Below are positions 53,153 to 64,000 of a stretch of DNA of 64,000 bases, piece after piece. Every line of letters begins with the position of its first letter. Positions within the stretch are counted from its first letter, which is position 1. This DNA comes from Balanoglossus misakiensis (taxonomy: Eukaryota > Animalia > Hemichordata). A model generated the notes under the pieces. The model was not told the DNA's origin. It ran no database searches and worked only from the letters and a program-made list of their open reading frames with translations. A program made the position numbers and the translations under genes. The DNA is taken from NCBI GenBank assembly GCA_040954595.2, contig CM082578.2, positions 16,724,998 to 16,788,997 on the forward strand. The letters run 5' to 3'.

Positions 53153-55164
53153 TATCAGGAGGAAGTGATTTTAATGTGTAAATCTTGATTGATGATGTGG
53201 ATACTGAGTGATGCAAATAAGCTGTGCTTTGCATTCTGTCACTCGCAGCCAGGTTAAACAAACAGAGAAGTGTAACATTGTTGTTTCTAGTCCCTCTTTT
53301 GTGAAAATAAATGACTTCATGAAAATAACAGCTCTTTTGATTTGTGTCGGCACTATGAAGTGCAAGTGAAAAATTTCCTCATTTTTGAGCTGAATTTAGA
53401 GAACGAGTGGTTCCATTATGAGTATCTGCTACGAGATTCATTTCACGTGTTTCACGATATTAGTTATCAATGAATAATGGAAGAATGGGGAGAAATTCAT
53501 GTAGGCGTATGTACAAGGTGTTTGTATATGATGTGTCAGCTGTTACCTTCAACAGCTGGCTACGTGTACATGTATGACGGGTATGCATAAGAGGAAAGTT
53601 TCACATTTTCTGTTAATATTGCACTGATGTGCTATGTGGCAGAGATTCCTCAACTTCCGGTCCGGCTTTTTTGCATATTCGTTTGACCTTTCATCTTTTA
53701 TTACCATGGAAACGGTGAAAGAAATGGTAGTCTATTGGCTGCCTCAAAGGGTACTGGCAGACAAAGCCCATGGAATCATTATTGTTACAAATGGGAAGAA
53801 CTCAAGAAAAGTGTGTAATTGTTACCGTTAATATGAAAATTCCAATGGTGTGCAATATGGGGCATTTATGCAAATGAACAATCTGTCATTGGGGTGATAT
53901 ATTTCCATGAAACATGTCAAAATGCGTTAAGCAGCATAGTATCAATTATTCATTTCACAGTCGATACTGAAGTTGCAACTGGGCTGCAGTGGCACTCTAT
54001 CTATATTAATTTTAAAGTGAATGACTTGTTGGGTAAGAGTATTGGTACCGTACCAGTATTTAGTTGTGCTTATTTCTACTTGTGCCAAGATAATCTGATG
54101 CCTATTCTGACAGTATATTGTATTTTAATCAAAAGTATAAAATGTCAGCAGATATGACAGAATGAAGCATGGGTAAATAAATCCATCATGGATTATAATC
54201 GGCATCCCTCCCAATTGTATTGATGTTTTTCAGGGTCAATTGTTGCCATGAAAAGCTGCCATTGTTACGACTCAGTCATTCTGCTTACCGGATCGCTTAT
54301 AGCAATTGTTGAATGAGGCATACACCTCTGCCTATATCCCTCCTCTTATTTTTAAAATTTATGTAGTGCTCTTTACCTTTTTGCAGTGACTGTTTACTCT
54401 TTCTATGGATACCATGAAATTTGTTGTTTTCATGCCATTGAAAATTTTCTGATCCCTCGCCCATGTGCACATGTGTTCCAGCCTTCACCCCTTTTCCCTC
54501 AACATGGTTTCACCTATGCCATTGAAAGCATTTGGGTCAAACCAAAGTACAATAAAGACACGGAAAAATGCTTCTGAAGTCAATCAATAATGAATTGATT
54601 GACTTTGTGAGATAAATGACAAAGTATACATCCGATTCTTGTATTGATTTCTAAATTATTCATGATAGGAAAACTAACAAAAGAACCAGACATTTTATGA
54701 TTATTAGCCAAATAACAGATGCAATGTTTCCCCATCCATCTTATTAATACTGTTAAACTAAATGACGCTCGGTAATTTGGGGTTCTTTTATTAAGCAATA
54801 TTATGCACATGCTTTGGTTGTGACTGTTGAATAGGCCATTAGTAGATCACTAATTAATGTTATGAAGTTTGTGAGAAATTAAAATTGCCCTCATCTGGTA
54901 TCTGTATGAAGCCTAAGATACTGGTGTGAGGGCTGATGTTTGCATCTGATCCATTCAGCATGCATACAGGCCTGGTGTCTAAATCTAACATGATTCCTGC
55001 ATCTGACACTGGCCATAAAAGTTTCCAGTTTAAAATTTAGATATATGAGATATTGACAAGCAATATTCAATCATATTCCAAGCAGTAAAATTCTAATACA
55101 TGGCAAATTTCAAATAGTATGAAAAACTGACAAATGATTTTAAACTGTCTTTCTCTCATCTATT

Positions 55165-56283
55165 TCACATGTATGTGTCTAGATCATCGTGGGGATAAAA
55201 TTGAATATTATCGGTTTGTACTGAGACATCACAATTTGTTGTGATAGAGTGTTGTCGACTTTGCATTCGGGAGCTTGGTGGGGTAATGATGCCTTCGCTT
55301 GGAGCCAGACGATTTTTCCAGCAGCATTTCTTTTCTCGGAAGGCTTTCCTGAATGCTTCTCTGTACTTGGCACATGTGACGTTGTAAATGAGGGCGTTGA
55401 CGGCTGAGTTGAGGAAGAGGAGTATCTTGGCCAGCATCTGCAAGGACTGGTGCTTTTCGGTCATTTTTGAAATGGCCCCAACCGAGTACAGCAGCATCTC
55501 GAAGTAGACGATGTACTCCGGGAAGACGCAGAAGAAAAACACCGACGTGGTCACCACTAAGAGCACGATGACCTGTTTCCTGTCCTGCAGGATGGAGGAG
55601 AAGGTGTTGGTCAAGGCTTGCTCTTCTCTCCGCAGTTTGCAGATGATCATGCTGTAGAGTATAAACACAGTGCACATGGACACCACAAACGCCATGATCT
55701 GGCAAAGCAGGGTGACGGTGAAGAGGACAAGAGACATGGTGATGGAGCAGGCGGTGTAGGGCAGCGACAGCAGTAGCCCCAGCAGCCAGCAGGCCACAAC
55801 CGACGCCCGCACACGGGACCTGGTGTGCAGATAGCGGGCCCGGAACGGGTGACAGATCCCCAGGTACCGTTCGATGCTGACCAGCGCCATGATGAAGAGC
55901 GAGGCGATCTGTGGGATGGAGCTGAAGATGCTGTGGAATAAGCTGACGGCGTTCATGTTGACATCGTCGATGTGGTTCATACAGATCTCTGTGGGGATGC
56001 CCGTCACAAGGAAGAGGGTGTCGGCAATGCAGAGATTCACCAGGTAGATGTTAAGCACGGTCCTCATGGACGGCACTTTAACAGTCACGTACATGAAGGC
56101 GCAGTTGCCCACAAGCCCCACAATCAACACAACTACCAGAATTATGCTGTACACTATGGAAGGCTGCTGCTCTTGTTTCGTTTCATCAGGGTCCTCGCCC
56201 TCCGCACTCCTGTTGCCTTCGTCCGTGTCGTTCCATTCACAGGTGATGTTTTCCAAGATCAACGACATGCTGGATCCCTTCAT
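55165..56283 (-). CDS. Intronless class A (rhodopsin-like) orphan GPCR, peptide-receptor-like (TRHR/GHSR/NMUR-like group); paralogue 1
   Basis: Seven hydrophobic segments. Motifs GLVGN, YLVNLCIAD, SIERYLGICHP, TM4 W, FFFCVFPE, NSAVNALIY and helix 8 KYREAF; N-terminal glycosylation sequons. First ATG is at 56283 (the ORF track starts at a TTG at 56367). Confidence 0.9.
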   Translation of the reverse strand: MKGSSMSLILENITCEWNDTDEGNRSAEGEDPDETKQEQQPSIVYSIILVVVLIVGLVGNCAFMYVTVKVPSMRTVLNIYLVNLCIADTLFLVTGIPTEICMNHIDDVNMNAVSLFHSIFSSIPQIASLFIMALVSIERYLGICHPFRARYLHTRSRVRASVVACWLLGLLLSLPYTACSITMSLVLFTVTLLCQIMAFVVSMCTVFILYSMIICKLRREEQALTNTFSSILQDRKQVIVLLVVTTSVFFFCVFPEYIVYFEMLLYSVGAISKMTEKHQSLQMLAKILLFLNSAVNALIYNVTCAKYREAFRKAFREKKCCWKNRLAPSEGIITPPSSRMQSRQHSITTNCDVSVQTDNIQFYPHDDLDTYM

Positions 56284-57349
56284 GTTGGACAACAAATCAA
56301 TTCGAGGGGCTCGTTTGACATCAGTCAGCGGATTCAGGGATGCTCTTTTCAGGAGAAATTGTATCAAAGATCACCTGATAGTCCTTCCATACTGACAGCC
56401 AAAATGCCCTGATTTCCTACGTTTGACAAGTTGCTGTATTTTCGATGTACCAGCGGTGGTCCTGTTCTGATTAATCTTAGGAAACAGTGTGCGCAACCGA
56501 AGCCCATACAAAAAGGCTGACACAAATAGCCAAATATTGTTGATACATGTTAATAATCAACACACGCTTTCCAACTTCTGCAAGATGTCTGATGACATGT
56601 AAACTTAATTGGAATCTGAGAAAGCCATTAGTGCCGGGTAAGGCATGACAGTATTGATCGATTCTTAATTGACATCGCTAGTGACTCCATGCACCAATCA
56701 GCTCGTGCCTCTCCCTGTCTGCACTGGAATTTAAATGATTACAGGAAGCCAAACTGCAGATGTTGCTTTTTTGGTTAGAGTTTGACTTTTAGAATGTCAG
56801 GCAACTCTTGAGGGAAATGTTTATTATGGGTCTCTGAACTTTGTTGCTTTTGTGTTTGGGGTGACGAGAAGGACACCTGCCCTTCTATGGAATTTTAGCC
56901 AAAAAATCAGTTAGTGGCATGTACCTAAGAAACTACATGTAGTACATCAAACTTGAAAACTATGGCCATGTCAATCCCCATCATGTAGTTGAGAGTACTT
57001 GTCTGGTAGTGCAAACACCGAAATAAATACTATACATCCTTATTGAAGTATGTTTCATGGGTAATAAGTTTGAAACTTATGAACTTCAAGTCTGTTCAGT
57101 ATCAGTCTCTGCACATTGCTTTGCTAAATTGGCCCAGCAGAGGTTATATTTGTCTGTCAAAAATCTCCCTCAAATCTGGTCTCTACCAAAAACAATAACT
57201 TGCAACAGCACCTCTTACATGTATATTGAGAGTTTCTGAAGAAATACATTGTACTTACCCCTGCTAACTGAGATCCATGCAACTTGGAAGAGCAATAGTG
57301 AAGAACAAAATGGACCAGTCTGAGCCTGTTGGCTCGGATGTTGTGTAGA

Positions 57350-57367
57350 GCGCCCTCTAGGGGGCAC
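57350..57367. promoter_or_regulatory. CTCF-like motif readable on both strands
   Basis: + strand CCTCTAGGGGGCAC (57354-57367) and - strand CCCCTAGAGGGCGC (57363-57350), both close to CCASYAGRKGGCRS. Confidence 0.5.
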
Positions 57368-57977
57368 ACTAGTATTGCTTTCGTTTATTCCCTTGTGAAT
57401 GGGAAAGTGACTATGGCTAAACTTGCTTTGACTTTGTTGATGGTGTCCAGTGTTTGCGACATCCTCTGTCTTTAATGTTTAACGTTTTAATCTTTGCCAG
57501 GTTTTTTCTTTGCCAGGTTTCCAAGACCTCAATTCATGCAAGCAGTAAACAAATATTGTGGGTGATTAAAGTTCGCTGTCTTGAAAGAAGTGTCATGAAT
57601 GGCAATTGCTTAGAATCAGTACTGTGACCTTCAGGTCATAGTGACATGTCACATCGGCGTATTGATCGCATGTGCTTAAAGTCTAATAGATTACTTGTTA
57701 TGTGATTAAGAATATTTGTGGTTACAAGTGTGGTGTGCAAGCTACCAGAGCTCTGAATTCACTAATTCATGACCATCTGAAATATGGGAGTAATGTTTGG
57801 GACGCTTATTCTGAGTGAAATTTGTTTAAAGATAGAATAAATCCAGAAATGGTACATTTTTCTTTATTCTGTTATTATTGATTTATATTTGTATAGAGAT
57901 AGTTTACTGTTAACCTTTCACCTCGGTTCATTGTACAGTTGGGTACTTAACCTGGTGATTTTTTTGTTATAAATGTA

Positions 57978-58139
57978 CAGTCAAACCTGTCTATAGTGGC
58001 CAGTCAAGGGACTTTACCAAACTGGCCTTTATAGACAGGTGGTCTTTATAGACAGGTTAATTTATACACGTGTAAATTGCACAGGGACTGTAACTAAGTG
58101 GTCACTATATAGAGGTGGTCACTAACACAGGTTTGACTG
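57978..58139. mobile_element. 162-bp Tc1/mariner-superfamily MITE
   Basis: TA|CAGTCAAACCTGT ... ACAGGTTTGACTG|TA: a perfect 13-bp TIR with TA TSD, plus internal subrepeats (tttatagacaggt x2, gtggtcacta x2). Confidence 0.85.
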
Positions 58140-59049
58140 TACCGTTATCTCTGGCCTGTAATCCATAATTACCAATTAGTATGTCAAGTGGTTTTCTGTG
58201 CCATTCCAAATGCAGAGGACGAAAACAACTGCAGTACATGTATTTGCCTTACTTGTGTTCTTATAGACAAGGGAAAATTTCCACATTTCATACATGTATC
58301 TTTTCATTAATGATAATAATACAATGATTCAAAAGTCTCTGTGTGAAGTTAATGGTGTGTTAGTCTCGGCATTGAAATGAACACCTGAGGTGTGCTTCTG
58401 ATCAAACGTATCAAACTTGAAAATAAACATACATAGTCTATGTCTGTCATTCTGTGTTTTATACAGCTTTACACAGCTGTTGATCTGGAGAATGATTTGT
58501 ATGTCTACCGTCCAAAAGTTCTCAATTCAAATGAATGTTATTAGCTCATCAGCAACCATGATTGGCGGAGTTGTCACGGGTCTCGACGACCGTCTCCTAG
58601 TAAGATTCAGAGTGGCAGGTGTGTCAACGAGAAATACAGATGCTTTGTTCAGAAGATGGACTTATGTATAAACAGTAGAGATACAAAATCAATAGTTTTT
58701 GGTTCATTAGGTCTTGCTTGACGCGCCTGTGTATTAATTTAGACCATCAGAGTTGCTGATATCTTCACCAGGGTGGTAGTGCTCTTGGTTTGTGTGGTGT
58801 TGGGGATGCTTGTCATTGAAGATTCATGATTCTTTGCTGGGTGGCTGCTTTGATACAGAGTCACACGTGGAATGGAAGTTGCTGAACTCTGTGGAAAGAT
58901 CCCTGGTCAGTGATTTCATGTCAGTTGTGGACTGTCCCAGGATACTGCAGTGACCTAACATGTGCATGCACCAGTGGAAAACGTGTCACTTTTGACAGCT
59001 TTCCTGTTCATGAAGTTAACTTGGACACTTTCAAAACTTTCCCCCCAAA

Positions 59050-60285
59050 ATGTTGCCTCTGACAGAACAAACCATGTCCACCACAGACATCATGTCGACA
59101 GAAAGTGACAACACTTCAAACTGGGAATCTGGATGTGACATGATGACGGAGCAAGAAGAGAACATCTACTCCTTGTGCATGCTGCTGATTATGTGCCTGG
59201 GGTTAGTGGGGAATGGCATCTTCATGTTTGTGGTGTACAGAGTCAAGTCCATGAGGCGACATCATATCAACTGGTACCTGCTGAACCTTGCTGTTGCAGA
59301 CTCCATGTTTCTCATCGTACTTGGCAGCTACGACATTGGCATCCTGCAACGGAATGATGATTTGTCCGGAGGTCTGTCATGCCTGCCAACCTGTCTGGTC
59401 TCCATTCCGCAGTACACGGCCATGTTCACCGTCACCACGATCAGCATCGAGCGGTACGTAGCCATCTGCAAGCCGCTCGCTGCCCAGAGGACAAGCTCCA
59501 GCGTCCGGGCGCGCAAGTACATCAGCCTGACCTGGCTGTTTGGTGGGCTTTTCACACTGGCCGTGGTCATCCCGTGCCTGTTGAATGTTGGTGGCGTTGC
59601 AGCACTGCTGGTCATCGTCTTGTTTCAGATGGTGCCGTTTGTCATCACCATGGTCACTGTGACTGTCCTGTACGCGTTTGTCATTCAGCGTGTCCGCAAG
59701 CGCAGCCGTGCCATCAACGTGTCGCAGCACAGCCACCATCCAAACTACAGGGCGAGGGAGACAAAACAGGTAGTGAAGCTCCTCGTGGTGACCACTCTCA
59801 TTTTCTTCCTCTTGGTTTTCCCCGACCAAGTGATCTACGGCATACTGGCGCTCGACAGCATTGGTGTGATCAACGTGCCATGCGTCTCGACCAAACAGGC
59901 CATGTACTACCTTGGCCACTGTCTGCTCATCCTGAATGCGGCCATCAACCCGTACATCTACACTGCAGTCAGCACCCGATATCGACAGGCCTTCAAGTTG
60001 GCATTCATCAAGTCGTGCCGGTGTTACAAGGGTAAAGCCAACCACAGCACGCAGCTGGAACTGAGTGTGAGCGGTCACAGGGCAAGCAATTACACAGATG
60101 TCCGTCGCGCCTCGGGATACAACAACCAAACAGATGAGGCCTTGTCGCCAAACACCGGTGATTCTGAAAAAGTTGACTGTGGTGGTGTCTCCACAACAGC
60201 CCCTGTGGAAGCCTGTGGAAGCAGGGAGATGCAACCAGATATGTGCACCTCAGTTGCCACAGCAACAAACAGTGCTGAGAAATGA
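59050..60285 (+). CDS. Intronless class A orphan GPCR; paralogue 2
   Basis: 411-aa ORF. Motifs GLVGNG, YLLNLAVADS, SIPQY..MFT..ISIERYVAICKPL, ETKQVVK, FFLLVFPDQ, NAAINPYIY, RYRQAF. Confidence 0.92.
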   Translation: MLPLTEQTMSTTDIMSTESDNTSNWESGCDMMTEQEENIYSLCMLLIMCLGLVGNGIFMFVVYRVKSMRRHHINWYLLNLAVADSMFLIVLGSYDIGILQRNDDLSGGLSCLPTCLVSIPQYTAMFTVTTISIERYVAICKPLAAQRTSSSVRARKYISLTWLFGGLFTLAVVIPCLLNVGGVAALLVIVLFQMVPFVITMVTVTVLYAFVIQRVRKRSRAINVSQHSHHPNYRARETKQVVKLLVVTTLIFFLLVFPDQVIYGILALDSIGVINVPCVSTKQAMYYLGHCLLILNAAINPYIYTAVSTRYRQAFKLAFIKSCRCYKGKANHSTQLELSVSGHRASNYTDVRRASGYNNQTDEALSPNTGDSEKVDCGGVSTTAPVEACGSREMQPDMCTSVATATNSAEK

Positions 60286-61449
60286 ACATCAGGAGAAGCA
60301 TCTTTTCATTTTTCATGTATTATTCATGACATCTTTTGAAGTTGTCACGTAATTCAGTAAAGTGTTGAGTAGTGACATGCAGAAGACGTTTGAGATGAGA
60401 ATTTGTCATTGTTGTATCGCCATAGCAATAACTGTATACATGTATTCCATGAATCTAATAGAATTATGACAGGTTTTAATGTGTTCATGAGCTGTTGTCT
60501 GTCTCTATTGATTCTCCTGAGATCCAAGATGATTGTTGTACACCACTTGAAAGAAACACCCTAATTTGCAGAGATATGAATGTCACGAGGTCATCACAAA
60601 AAGCGTACTGATGATCGCTAAAGAAACAAAACAGTTCCTACTTTAATATTTTCAAGCACAGCCATTGGTACAACAGCCTAAACTGATGAGATCTGTCAAT
60701 CAAGTTGCCAGACATCATTAATAATTTAATGTCAAGTCAAGATGAGTCTCTATTTATATAAATTATGAATCTGTAGGTGTCCGTTACTTTGAACAGCCCT
60801 GTTTTTCAGTAATACCTTTGCCACACATTCACGGTGACCTAGATATTCTTAACCTAATTGTTTGTTGATATAACAGGTTAAACACAGGTTTTGACCAGTC
60901 TTGCAAAAACTTTTGAAATATTAATGACAATTGCATGGTTTTGATCTGTACCATGCTATCAACATTTTTTGTTTCTTTTCTCCTATCATATTGCATTTTC
61001 TAAAATGACCACCACTTTTTTATGAGATTTTCGAGCTGTATATGCACTCAAGGTCTTTATCAGCCCTTTGGACAATTACAAACAATTAGCGTGTGGCCTT
61101 GTATACAGCAAGGTGCTCTGATATGAAAATAACGGCTTCAGTTGAACGAGGGAGTTGACTAAATTATGGTGATTAATGTGTATCACTGTTTCCAGGCACA
61201 GGCCTTCCTCCATGACAACACGATGGGCACTGCAGTCAAATACCATGACAACTAATCATGGGCCCAACCATCAGGCAGTAAAACTTGATGGTTTTATGGG
61301 CGCTCTGATCATCCCATTGATAAAAAAAAGATTTTGTCACATCGCGATGCAATTGTATGGCTCAGAATAGGATTGTTAGTGCAGCCGATGACGACAAGGT
61401 ATATCTGACTCTAAACTACATGTACATTTGTAGTGGCTGCCTCCTAAAA

Positions 61450-62751
61450 ATGTGGTCTGACCAAAATTTGTCGGATTTGAACGAGACGGATAATTCGACG
61501 ATTGGCGATGGCAGTAACCACGTCAGCCTGATCTACTCTCTGGTCTTGCTTATTCTCCTTGTCTTTGGACTCGTTGTCAACGGGATCTTTGTATTTGTGG
61601 TTTTCAAAGTTCGCTCGATACTGACTCACATCACCTATTTTCTCCTGAATCTGGCCGTGGCCGACAGCCTCTTCATTGCAATCATTGTGCCACTGGAACT
61701 GCAGGCTGTACACAAAACCTACGGTGACGAACCCAGGTCTGTCAACTGTGCTGGTACCTTCTTGATATCCGTCCCGCAGTATACCGGAATGTTCACGATC
61801 GCGGCAATTAGCATCGAGAGATACATAGCCATCTGCCGCTCCCTGAAAGTCCAACGCTGTCATCCAGGAACGAGAGTCAAGAGTTTTATTGCCGCCGCAT
61901 GGTTACTAGGAGTGCTGTTCGCCACCATGGTAGTGCTGTCTGTGTGTGTGATCGATGAGGAACTGGAACACTACCTCCTCATGCTTCTCTTTGTGACATT
62001 GCCGTTCGTCATCTCAATGTGCGTTGTTACAGTACTCTACATTCTGATCATCCGTTATCTTAAAAAGAAACTTGCAGCTTTTCAGCCGGATGGCTGCTCT
62101 GACAGAATGTTTAGAACCAAAGAAACAAAGCAGGTGGTCAAAGTGCTTGGGGTTACTGCTGCTGTTTTCTTTATATTAGTGTTTCCTGATCAGCTTTTGT
62201 ACTTCTTTGTGTTGCTGGATGGACTGGGTGCAATATCTGTGGGGGAGACCTACACATTGACTTTGGTTTCGCGTATCTTCCGTTGTCTCCTTGTTCTGAA
62301 CTCGGCAATCAATCCGATTATCTACAACAGCATGAGCTCTAAGTACAGACTGGCCTACAAGAAGGCGTTCTCATCATGCTGCCCCCCTTGCAAGAGGCAC
62401 AACTCCATCTGTGTCTCATCCTCACAGAGTGCGGTTCTCAGCGTATCCGGGCAACAGAAGACAAGATGCAGGTCGGTTTTTGATGAGGGTCAGTTCCACG
62501 TTAGACGGGACACAATGGTGTCACCAGTGAACGAGGACGTTGCAGCAGCATCGCCAGTTGGCGAAGGTGCCGCAGCATCAGTAGACAGTGAACTTGATGC
62601 AGCATCAACAGGTCATGCAGTACCACCAATCTGTGAAAATACTGCTGCATCACATGTCACTGATGATGCTGTAGTGACCCCAATTGATGAAGAAACATGT
62701 ACAGGTACTTCGGTGCAGTCAGTTGGGACGGGGAATAATGTGACAGCGTGA
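61450..62751 (+). CDS. Intronless class A orphan GPCR; paralogue 3 (closest to paralogue 2)
   Basis: Motifs GLVVNG, FLLNLAVADS, SVPQYTGMFT..ISIERYIAIC, ETKQVVK, FFILVFPDQ, NSAINPIIY, KYRLAY. The likely start is MWSDQNLS at 61450, after acceptor-like catttgtag and followed by three sequons. The ORF is open from 61357. Confidence 0.92.
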   Translation: MWSDQNLSDLNETDNSTIGDGSNHVSLIYSLVLLILLVFGLVVNGIFVFVVFKVRSILTHITYFLLNLAVADSLFIAIIVPLELQAVHKTYGDEPRSVNCAGTFLISVPQYTGMFTIAAISIERYIAICRSLKVQRCHPGTRVKSFIAAAWLLGVLFATMVVLSVCVIDEELEHYLLMLLFVTLPFVISMCVVTVLYILIIRYLKKKLAAFQPDGCSDRMFRTKETKQVVKVLGVTAAVFFILVFPDQLLYFFVLLDGLGAISVGETYTLTLVSRIFRCLLVLNSAINPIIYNSMSSKYRLAYKKAFSSCCPPCKRHNSICVSSSQSAVLSVSGQQKTRCRSVFDEGQFHVRRDTMVSPVNEDVAAASPVGEGAAASVDSELDAASTGHAVPPICENTAASHVTDDAVVTPIDEETCTGTSVQSVGTGNNVTA

Positions 62752-63183
62752 ATGATTAGAAAGAGTTACATGTATAGGTACATATAACTAGGCACCACCA
62801 AATGAGAATGCACGTATATGTAGGCACAATTATCAAAAAGGTGATGCCTTCATATCATCAGTAAAAACCAATTCTGAATCTCTCCAAGATACATTGAAAT
62901 GATACATAATTTGAAACCTGAATACACATATACTTTCACTCTTGACGTCATCATTTATGTGATGTAACGAGTCACAACTTTATAAGTGAGGTTTATTACA
63001 ACCTTTTTGTGAAACTTTTAATGCTCTTTAGAAGAACTTTATGTCTACATGTACCCGTTACTTCAAATCTACTCATTGCGTATAAAGTTTGCATCAATGC
63101 AAACTTTTTTTGAATAAGAATTCGTATGGATGCAAAAAAAGAACCTATTGCGGAACCTATGCTATTATTTACTGAAAATATCT

Positions 63184-63432
63184 GTGTCACCATGGTTATT
63201 GGCCATGAAATAGATTCATGAAAATAATTATGTCAATGTTAGTATTGGCCATGATAATATTGGTGTCACCATGGTTACTGGCAATGAAAATATTGATGTC
63301 ACCATGGATATTGAACTTGAAGTGCCGTCCACATCCCAGCTATTGGCACAGTAAACATTCAGGTTATTGGCCATGCAAATAGTGGTTCCATCCTGGTTAA
63401 GATTCATGTCAAAATCCTAGTTTTTGGCCGTG
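63184..63432. repeat. Degenerate minisatellite, unit ~33 bp (tgtcaccatggttattggccatgaaaatat)
   Basis: tgtcaccatgg occurs at ~63186, 63265 and 63297; ttggccatg/ctggcaatg recurs about 5 times. Confidence 0.65.
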
Positions 63433-64000
63433 CATGGGACACTTCATGGTGACACCACTGTTAAATGCTTGGAGAGAACTTCTCAGTGGCAAAGAGTGGA
63501 ACCTTAACTTATGAGGAAGCCTTATTTTGTAATCACATTATCTGTACAGAATTTTCTGTCTGATTGTACAATCTCATCCATGAATCAAATAAAAAAAATC
63601 TAAATATTGATAAGTTATTCTTGGCATCAGAGTTTCTCATGTTTTGCAAGGTACCTTGATGCAGTTACGCTTATAAGTTTGTCTGCAAGAAAGTTGTGTT
63701 TTTTTGTTTAATGTTGGCCTCATGAACTGAATGTTAAGGCATATGCTCGTGTGTTTTGTTCCCATGACTACCATTGTTTGTGTACTCGTGTACTACAAGC
63801 ACTCGGTATGATATTGACAGAACATGAGTGTTGTCAGGATATTACTGATTTCAAATTTACGTTTTTTAAATATTACTAGGTAGCCCTGTAGTTTCAGGCT
63901 TACTTGCTTGCAACTTCTTCAGCAAACACTTCGTTTGTGTCACATGATCAATCACCTGACTCGTCATTTGCATGTTATTGAAGGGTTTACTATAACAGTT

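Noticed and set aside
53188-53240. Possible intronic C/D snoRNA (TGATGA...CTGA...TGATGC)
   Set aside because: No terminal D box (CTGT instead of CTGA) and no terminal stem.
59377-60234. 285-aa antisense and 218-aa alternative-frame ORFs over GPCR paralogue 2 (similar ones over paralogues 1 and 3)
   Set aside because: Explained by GC-rich coding sequence; no independent motifs.
63184-63432. Repeat array considered as CRISPR-like
   Set aside because: Eukaryotic context, degenerate units, no unique spacers of regular length and no cas genes; it is a minisatellite.

Overview
AT-rich eukaryotic (animal) genomic DNA with short GT-AG introns. It looks like a marine invertebrate deuterostome, but that is inference. 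The first ~24 kb has no recognisable protein-coding gene; it holds microsatellites, a tiny hairpin MITE, candidate regulatory motifs and one candidate orphan exon. The remaining genes, in order: (1) a single-coding-exon stand-alone NHL-repeat gene (+); (2) TUBGCP6 (-, ~26 coding exons), head-to-head with (3) NCKIPSD/SPIN90 (+, 10 coding exons); (4) DPM3 (-, 4 coding exons, missed by the ORF track, with a GC-AG intron), head-to-head with (5) the first three coding exons of the GDP-fucose transporter SLC35C1 (+). I found no fourth SLC35C1 exon in the last 11 kb. That stretch instead holds three intronless, divergent class A GPCR paralogues (one -, two +), apparently nested in the SLC35C1 intron. 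They have an almost absent ECL2 and no TM6 toggle Trp, and a two-way CTCF-like site lies between the divergent pair. All gene names come from recognising protein motifs by eye, not from a database search.
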